Source of the DNA: Klebsormidium nitens
Lineage: Eukaryota; Plantae; Klebsormidiophyceae
Assembly (NCBI GenBank): GCA_000708835.1
Contig: DF237427.1
Coordinates: forward strand, 4,654-68,653
Direction of reading: 5' to 3'
DNA: 64,000 nt
Within the stretch, counting starts at the first letter, position 1; each line of letters starts with the position of its first letter. This document shows positions 57,027 to 64,000 of the stretch, piece after piece. A program made the position numbers and the translations under genes. The notes beneath the pieces were generated by a model, which saw nothing but the letters and a program-made list of their open reading frames with translations, was not told the DNA's origin and ran no database searches.

Positions 57027-59498
57027 AGTGAAGCTCCAATATGCATGTGTATTATCAGTAAGTATCCATCGAGCTTACTTCTGAAGTCCTCTTTAGAAAC
57101 TTCCGCTAGACAACGTGCCATCTAGGAGAGGAGATTGAGTGTGCACTGGTTAATGTTGTATCACGGGGTTTTGAACAAGCTTGAAAAACTTGGAACACAA
57201 AACGGACGGCATTGTCTAGAATCCATCAGAACCTAAAATTCCCTGTTTCGACGTAAGACTCAGCGGGGACACATGGTGTGCGACTCACTGGCAAGCTAGA
57301 CTTGGATATAGCAAGCCTGCCAGTTTTAGTTGGCGGCCTGATCGACATTCGGAAACACGAACGAAGCTTCGAAGCTGGTGGAACAAGAGGAATTTGGCTA
57401 GCTTTCAGAATCGATTTCAAAGTTACCAGCAGGATCACAAGCTGATCACAAGCTGGCTGTTCGGTTGCTCTAAGGAATGATACGCGAACCATACACGCAA
57501 AGTGTACTATCAGTCTGACATGGGAGTGATTTCGACAATGAGTCGTTGACAGTAGGATCTGTTTCTAAAGACTTAAATTAGATATACTCGTGAGCTTTCA
57601 TTGTGATTGAATAATGCGCAGCGCCAGGACATTGGCCGCAGCGCATGAGGCCCATCATTGCATCGTCGCACGTGCCCATATCAGACTTTCAAGGGCTCCC
57701 ACTGCATGAAGACTCATGCCCATGGGCTGTACGAATGAAGTTTCTACACGGTTAACTATGTTTTTTCATAGATTCCGACAACCACGTTAGATTGCGCGCG
57801 CCGCGCATGGCCGGTCATAGAGGACCCTTGCAAGACATTCAATAGAGACCGGACACGGCATGTACGTAGGATCACCACAGCTCTCGTGTAAATAAAGATA
57901 ATTGAAACGGACGACATCGTGGCCTTCAATCTCAGCTACGCAATATTTAAAAGGCTACGGTCCCCGCTTGGTCTAGCTAGGCTATTACAACCATATATGC
58001 GGCGCAAACATGCAATCCTTGTCGACTCGGACTCTGTAACTGCATGAATGTGGCCACGGGTATAGCTTTCACCGATGCGCCCGCGTCGAAGCCATGATGC
58101 ACACTGCTACGACCGTACGTACTGCAATCAATCAATATGACTCTTAGAAATTAGCGATATATGATACTAATTAGATAGTGAATCGAGAAATGGAAACCTT
58201 TGGATGAATTGGAGTCCTCTGATTACGATTACGGTACTCGTTCTGTCCAGCCTGGCTGCTTGGCACACACTCATCGGTCCCAATGACAATTTAACATTGA
58301 ATAACAATCTACTAATCTACACTCCAGACACTCCAGGCTTTCAGGCTTAAGAATAACGGGAGAATAACATTGAATAACAATTCACTAATCTACACTCCAG
58401 AACGTAACTCCAAGCCTGGTTTTCGTGGAGGTGGCTCAGTGGACTCACGGTACCACGTGATTGTAGACTCACTGTAGGTATAGGAGATGTCAACATTCTG
58501 TTCACTTATGCTCTGACCTGTCGCTACGGTTCTAGTTTAACAGCATGGAGACCGCTTAGATCGTTACTATTACTACGGTACTATTAGTCAACGACACTGC
58601 ACAGGCAAACCCGCTTCCCGGGCCATGCAAGCTGGAGCTAGCTGCCCAGTGCCCAACGATACATACATGTATGAGATGTTAACCATAGAGTTAACATTCT
58701 ATCCTGTTTGGGTTGTTCTACCATATGGAGTTTTGTCCAGCTGCCGGCCCCATGGGTGCCCCTCGGTTTGGCTCGGTTTTGCCGGCTCCGTATATATATA
58801 GTCCGCTTTCATTGTTTCACACTGTGAATGGCAGAGCCTGAGAAGCATCAAGCATGTCAAGACCAAGTCATGAAGTCATGCTTGAAATATCTCATCTTGT
58901 ATTAACAGGTCGAGATAGCCTGTCACACCTCCTTTAGCATCACTATTCATATGTGACATGAATTGTGGATTGCACACTGACAGCATGGAAACGAGCATGT
59001 GTGAACCAGACATCATATAAAGATCTGGCATCCTCACTTATAGCTGGCAATGCAATCTTGAGATGGCAAAAGAAAAGCTCAACAAACTCAATTGGGCTTA
59101 TGTTTTTGATCATATCGACTGTACAAAAATTGATCAAAATGAGCAGCTTAGTTCGTCTCAAACGGTTCTAGAAGTATCCCTTTATCTGATCAACATGAGA
59201 ACGTGTCCCTAACCACTACAGCTGAACTAGGCTCGGATGCTGAGTCCTTCTAGCAACAACGGCTGCAATTATGATTTTGAAATTTCAACCAAGCAATCGA
59301 GAGAAAGAGGCATCCAGATCAAGGTGGATATTCAAGCAATGCTAACAAATTGAGAAAGCACAATGCCACACGTTATGATCTAACCAGCCATAATATCAAG
59401 CAAGCCTTTGGTGCTCTCTCAGAGCCTTCGCACTCTTTGCGTTGATGAGGATTATACCTGAAAGAATTGAAGGATCACGAAGATGTAGTTAGAGACGG

Positions 59499-59897
59499 TT
59501 TTAGCTCCTCATTGCGGCAACGTTGCAAGCGTTGCAGGAACGTAGCGCAACGTTTCGAGGCGTTGCTGCAACACTTGACGTTGGCAAGTGTAAGGCATCT
59601 ACGCCTGAAACGTTGCGAGAACTATTTAAAGCTAAACCGAGCTTAAACCCTCGTTGCTGCAACGGTCATGCAACGTTGTAAGATTGTTGCGAGACGTTGC
59701 AGATCTCTGTTGCAGCAACGAGGGTTTAAGTTCATAAGTTTGGTTTAGCTTTAACCAGTTTTCGCAACGTTTTAGGCGTTGATTCCTTACACTTGCCAAC
59801 ACCTAGTGTTGCAGCAACGCCTCGAAACGTTCAAACGTTGCGCAATGTTGCGCAACAGCGCAACGCCGTGCAACGTTGCTGCAACGAGCGGCTAAAA
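59499..59897. mobile_element. About 400-bp foldback (long inverted repeat) element built from gcaacgttgc subrepeats
   Basis: Left arm (about 59499-59665) is the reverse complement of the right arm (about 59710-59897) with high identity, e.g. aacgtttcgaggcgttgctgcaacact, gttggcaagtgtaagg, ttaaagctaaacc, cttaaaccctcgttgctgcaac. Confidence 0.85.
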
Positions 59898-61803
59898 TTC
59901 CGATGACTTACTGGGCGATTACTAGTACCCGCACAATGTTTGATGATGCAGAACAATCACAGACTCGAACTTACTTTCGGGATTAAGTGATGTGGACCGT
60001 ACAGCTGGAACTCTCGTCCGTTCTTGTTGCGCCACTTGAAGTTGCTGAGCGCAAGGAACCTGATCGACTGAGACGTTCAAGCTGCTGTCAAACAGCTTGG
60101 AAAAGAGAAAGGCGATCTTCTCCTTCTTTCTTGTATTGCTGTCCGTTCCTATTGTTCCTAATCGCTGTGAAGTGCTAAAACTGAGGTTGAGGTAACCTTT
60201 CCCTACTTCGACTTTCAAATCGTCCTGTCCCCGATCAATCACGGGCTCAGGTAACGAGCTTCGAAGTCGTTTCGAACGTGTTTACCGTTACGAAGTTGCA
60301 GACAAAGGCAATTTTATTGGACGGAGCTTTAATCCAGATGCAATCCTTGCGAAGATAGTGAAGATGCAATTAGGTGGACAATCTAGTGGTGTCCTTTTTT
60401 GACTGTTTCTATCACGTTTCTATAGAGCCCGCTGAGAACAGCATTGGTGTGTGCAATGTGCCCTGAAATTTTCTGCCGGCTGAGCAGCTGAGCCTCTGAG
60501 CACTGAGCAGCTGGCGGGCCGTGCGTTCGGCAATAGCCCGGGGGTCCCTTCCCGAAAGCCGGCCTGGCCCGTTCCCGACCGGCCGGGCCTCCTGCAGGTT
60601 CATATTGTCGGCTGTGCCATGTGGGTATTTGGGAAACCCTGACCACATGACCAGTGACCACAGTGACCACAACTTACATGAGAAGGTCAAACCGTACGGC
60701 TCATGTACGGTGCGGCCGGGAAGGGGCCGGGAAATCTGCCCGTCGTTGACTTCCGTCGAGATTCAACTTCAAACCGACACATGGCAGCTCTTCGACGCAT
60801 TGAGATAGTACGCCCGGAAAACCTGGCGACGGGCGCACGCCGAAATCCTAGCTCCGGTTTGTTTTCGCAGAAATATCGTAATCATGTGGTCATATCGGGG
60901 GTGAGGACTCGCACCTTTTTGCAGCCCTGCCACTGCCAGACGACGAGTCTTCAACGGTTCAGAGTCTGGTCGAATGCAGCCGGAAGGAGAACCGTGGAGA
61001 GGAGCTCTTGCCGCATCAGGAGGTGCCAGCACAACTTGTGGTTGCCTTGCTACCGTTGTGTGGAGCGATAGAGAGGTTGTAGAGAGGCTCTGCAACGGAG
61101 AAAAAGCACCCGAGGTGACCTGCGGTAGAAAGGTGAATCTCTATGATGACGAACGCTCTTTGTATATTACAGTGCTTTAGGACGTCGGTGCATGAGCCGC
61201 TTGGATCGAGCTCTGCAATCAAGGGCATTGGACAGCCCAAGACTCACTTCAGTTACTTGATTGGGGTTGCGCCAGTGGTGTCATGTCAAGTATCTTTTCT
61301 CCCCAAACATTGTACGTACGTGCTGTTTGCACGTGCCACCTGGGCCTGCCAGTTTGGTTTCCTTATAATCTGTCACATTGGCTGATATTGTGGTGCTTTC
61401 GGAGGGACTCGCACCCAACTCGCACAGGCGTACACAAGAGGTGTGTTGAGTCTGATGTACTGGTGACCAAAAGTTGGAATAAGAAGATTGTGCCAGAACA
61501 TAGAAGTTTCCTTTTCTGTGATAGCCATTCTTAATTACGCAGGAAGCTGCAAGGAGACAGAGCGCTGGGCAACCACTGTATGATGTGCTGTCTATTCAAT
61601 TTGGCAGAACCATTCAGTCATCAAATCAACAGCCGCCGCCATGTGGGAAACTCACAGAATGCCAGGAGAATGCCTACTATTTGAGAGATAGCTTCTATGC
61701 AATTCTATTTGGATCTTGGAAGCCTGTTAGCCACAATTTGACTGACTCTAGGGTTTCGTTTTGCAGGTTACCCCGGGCCTGGTTCCGAAGCCGCTTGAGG
61801 ACC

Positions 61804-62610
61804 ATGGCCATGGTCACATCAAACCTGTTTTTGAGAATGCTGGTCCTGGTGACCCTGTACGGGCGGGGGCTAATAAGTTGTGTCCACTCAGCTACCATTG
61901 AGCAGATCGCCAGTCTTGTTCAGGCCCCCCTCTGGAATCAGACTGAAATCACTCTCCAGGGGAGCACCTCTATGATGCTGTCAGGTCCCATTCCCCCTGA
62001 GCTCGGCAGCCTTACCAACCTCACCAAGCTCACTCTCGACGGCACCAAATTGTCAGGTCCCATCCCCCCGAGCTCGGCAACCTAACCAACGCTCAGTACG
62101 TTATACCTCTCCAACAACACCCTCTCCGGCCCAATTCCTCCTGAGCTCGGCAAATTGACCAGCCTCTACTATTTGTTCCTCGACAACAACATCCTCTCCG
62201 GCCCAATTCCTCCTGAGCTCGGCAACCTGACCAGCATCAGTACGTTATACCTCTCCAACAACACCCTCTCCGGTCCAATTCCTCCTGAGCTCGGCAAATT
62301 GACAAGCCTCTACTACTTAAAACTCTCGAACAACACTCTCTCCGGCCCGATCCCTCCTGAGTTCGACAAATACTTCTCCAGCCTGGAACTCTCCAACAAC
62401 AACCTTTCCGGTCCAATTCCTCCAAGTCTCCTCCGCTACGGATTTCTCAAAGCAACATTCTATCCTGGGAACTCTGGACGTTGAAGCAACGCCGACTTCA
62501 TCCCACCGTGTCCTCCTCAGCCATCATCATCAGCATCTCCTTTAGTCGGACCCATTGTCGGTGCAGTCGTTGCGGGAGCTGCCCTTTTCCTGGCGGTCCA
62601 TCTGATATAG
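61804..62610 (+). pseudogene. LRR receptor-like protein (signal peptide, about 6 plant-type LRRs, TM helix) with disablements
   Basis: MAMVTSNLFLRMLVLVTLYG signal and LSGPIPPELGxLTxL repeats. A -1 shift in the C-run at 62064-62069 gives TAA at 62083, and a +1 shift follows at about 62090. In-frame TGA at 62482 precedes the TM segment PLVGPIVGAVVAGAALFLAVHLI*. Assembly error cannot be excluded. Confidence 0.7.
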
Positions 62611-62873
62611 TACACAATCAGATGTGCTTGAAAACACCTGAGACATCTCGGCAACAAAGCTTACTTTGTTAACAGGCAACATATAGGTAGAACCTAGCTA
62701 GTGGGAGACAAACATCCAGGGACGGTTGGTTAGGAAGCCAGTTTGTGTAGCGTATTGGGCAGGCTTTACATCAGTGTGACGATTGGGCTATGGTTAAGTC
62801 TAACCGCACAATCGCACGGCAGTTAAACCTTCGGGTTTGCCAGGCTGTCGACGTGTCGGCATGTGGCCAGTAT

Positions 62874-62893
62874 NNNNNNNNNNNNNNNNNNNN
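62874..62893. other. Assembly gap (20 N)
   Basis: Run of n characters. Confidence 0.99.
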
Positions 62894-64000
62894 CGGCAAC
62901 CTGACCAAGCTCACCTACCTCGGTCTGTCTGTCAATGAACTCTCGGGCCCCATCCCCCCCGAGCTCAGCAGCTTGACCAACCTCATCGTGCTTGACCTCT
63001 TCGGTAATAAGTTGTCCGGCCCCATTCCCCCGGGGCTCAGCAACCTGACCAAGCTCACCTACATCCGTTTTGGTTCGAATAGGTTCTCGGGCCCCATCCC
63101 CCCTGAGCTCGGCAGCCTAACCAAGCTCACCACGCTCAGTCTCGGCGGCAACGCATTGTCAGGTCCCATTCCCCCCGAGCTCGGCAGCCTGACCGACCTC
63201 ACCGGTCTCGGTCTCAACAACAACGCATTGTCAGGTCCCATACCCCCCGAGCTCTGCAACCTGACCAAGCTTACTTGGCTCGGTCTTTTTTCAAACAACC
63301 TCTCCGGCCCCATTCCCCCTGAACTTGGCCGCCTGACCAACCTCACAGACCTCTATCTTTATTCCAATAGACTCTTCGGTTCGATTCCCCCCCAACTCGG
63401 CAGCCTGACCAACCTCACGAAGCTTGATCTTTCTTTCAATAGACTCTCCGGTTCGATTCCTCCCCAGCTCGGCAGCCTGACCAACCTCGTCGACTTTCGA
63501 CTCTTCTACAACATCCTCTCTAGTTCCATTCCCCCCCAGCTCGGAAACCTGACCAAACTTACTTTGCTCTCCCTTGTTAACAACACCCTCTCCGGCCCCA
63601 TCCCCCCTGAACTCGGCAGCCTGACCAACCTCACGATCCTTTATCTCTCTTTCAATAGGCTCTCCGGCCCCATCCCCCCTGAACTCGGCCGCCCGACCAA
63701 ATTAACGAACCTTTATCTTTATTCCAATAGACTCTCCGGTTCAATTCCCCCCCAACTCGGCAGCCTGACCAATAGACCAATCTCTACGAACTTGAACTCA
63801 GTACCAACAATCTCTCTGGTTCCATTCCTCCTGAGCTCGGCAGATTGACCAGCCTCGACTATATGGAATTCTCCAACAACAACCTCTCTGGTCCGATTCC
63901 TCTTGAGCTCGGCAGCCTGACCAAGCTCACCAAGTTATACCTCTCCAACAACGCCCTCTCCGGCCCACTCCCTCCTGAGCTCGGCAACCTAACCAGCATC
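62894..64000 (+). CDS. Plant-type extracellular LRR array (24-aa/72-nt units, about 15 visible); starts in an N gap and runs off the window
   Basis: Repeated LxxLxLxxNxLSGPIPPELGxLTxL. Frame is broken by an 8-bp insertion at 63774-63781, and LRRs resume in the shifted frame to the window end. Confidence 0.85.

Noticed and set aside
58677-58908. Solo LTR (TGTTAA...TTAACA with a TATATATA box)
   Set aside because: No matching TSD, primer-binding site, polypurine tract or second copy in the window
62790-62893. N-terminus of the 352-aa LRR ORF
   Set aside because: It is read through an N gap of unknown true length, so the frame and start are not meaningful

Overview
Eukaryotic, intron-rich genomic DNA with GT-AG introns and strongly C/G-ending codons. 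The moss-like LHCSR and PAP15-type phosphatase point to a streptophyte green alga, Klebsormidium-like (inference). All gene models were built by hand from splice sites and reading-frame phase. (1) The 3' part of a purple acid phosphatase (+, 330-4764, 8 exons). (2) A small secreted Cys-rich, probably GPI-anchored protein (-, 7126-7566). (3) A giant 31-exon coiled-coil gene (-, 15234-43833, about 2,680 aa, all exon phases compatible). (4) LHCSR (-, 49301-52970, 6 exons). (5) A 3-exon DUF3804-like NTF2-fold gene (+, 55461-57026). (6) Two disrupted LRR receptor-like genes (61804-64000). There are also several MITE/foldback elements. The most unusual signal is in the coiled-coil gene. Most introns carry tandem 'echoes' of the adjacent exon end plus its splice site, usually in 125-196 bp units with up to 6 copies. 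Several echoes differ from the functional exon almost only at synonymous codon positions (12 of 13 and 7 of 7 differing codons in the clearest cases), which plain neutral decay of intronic duplicates does not predict.
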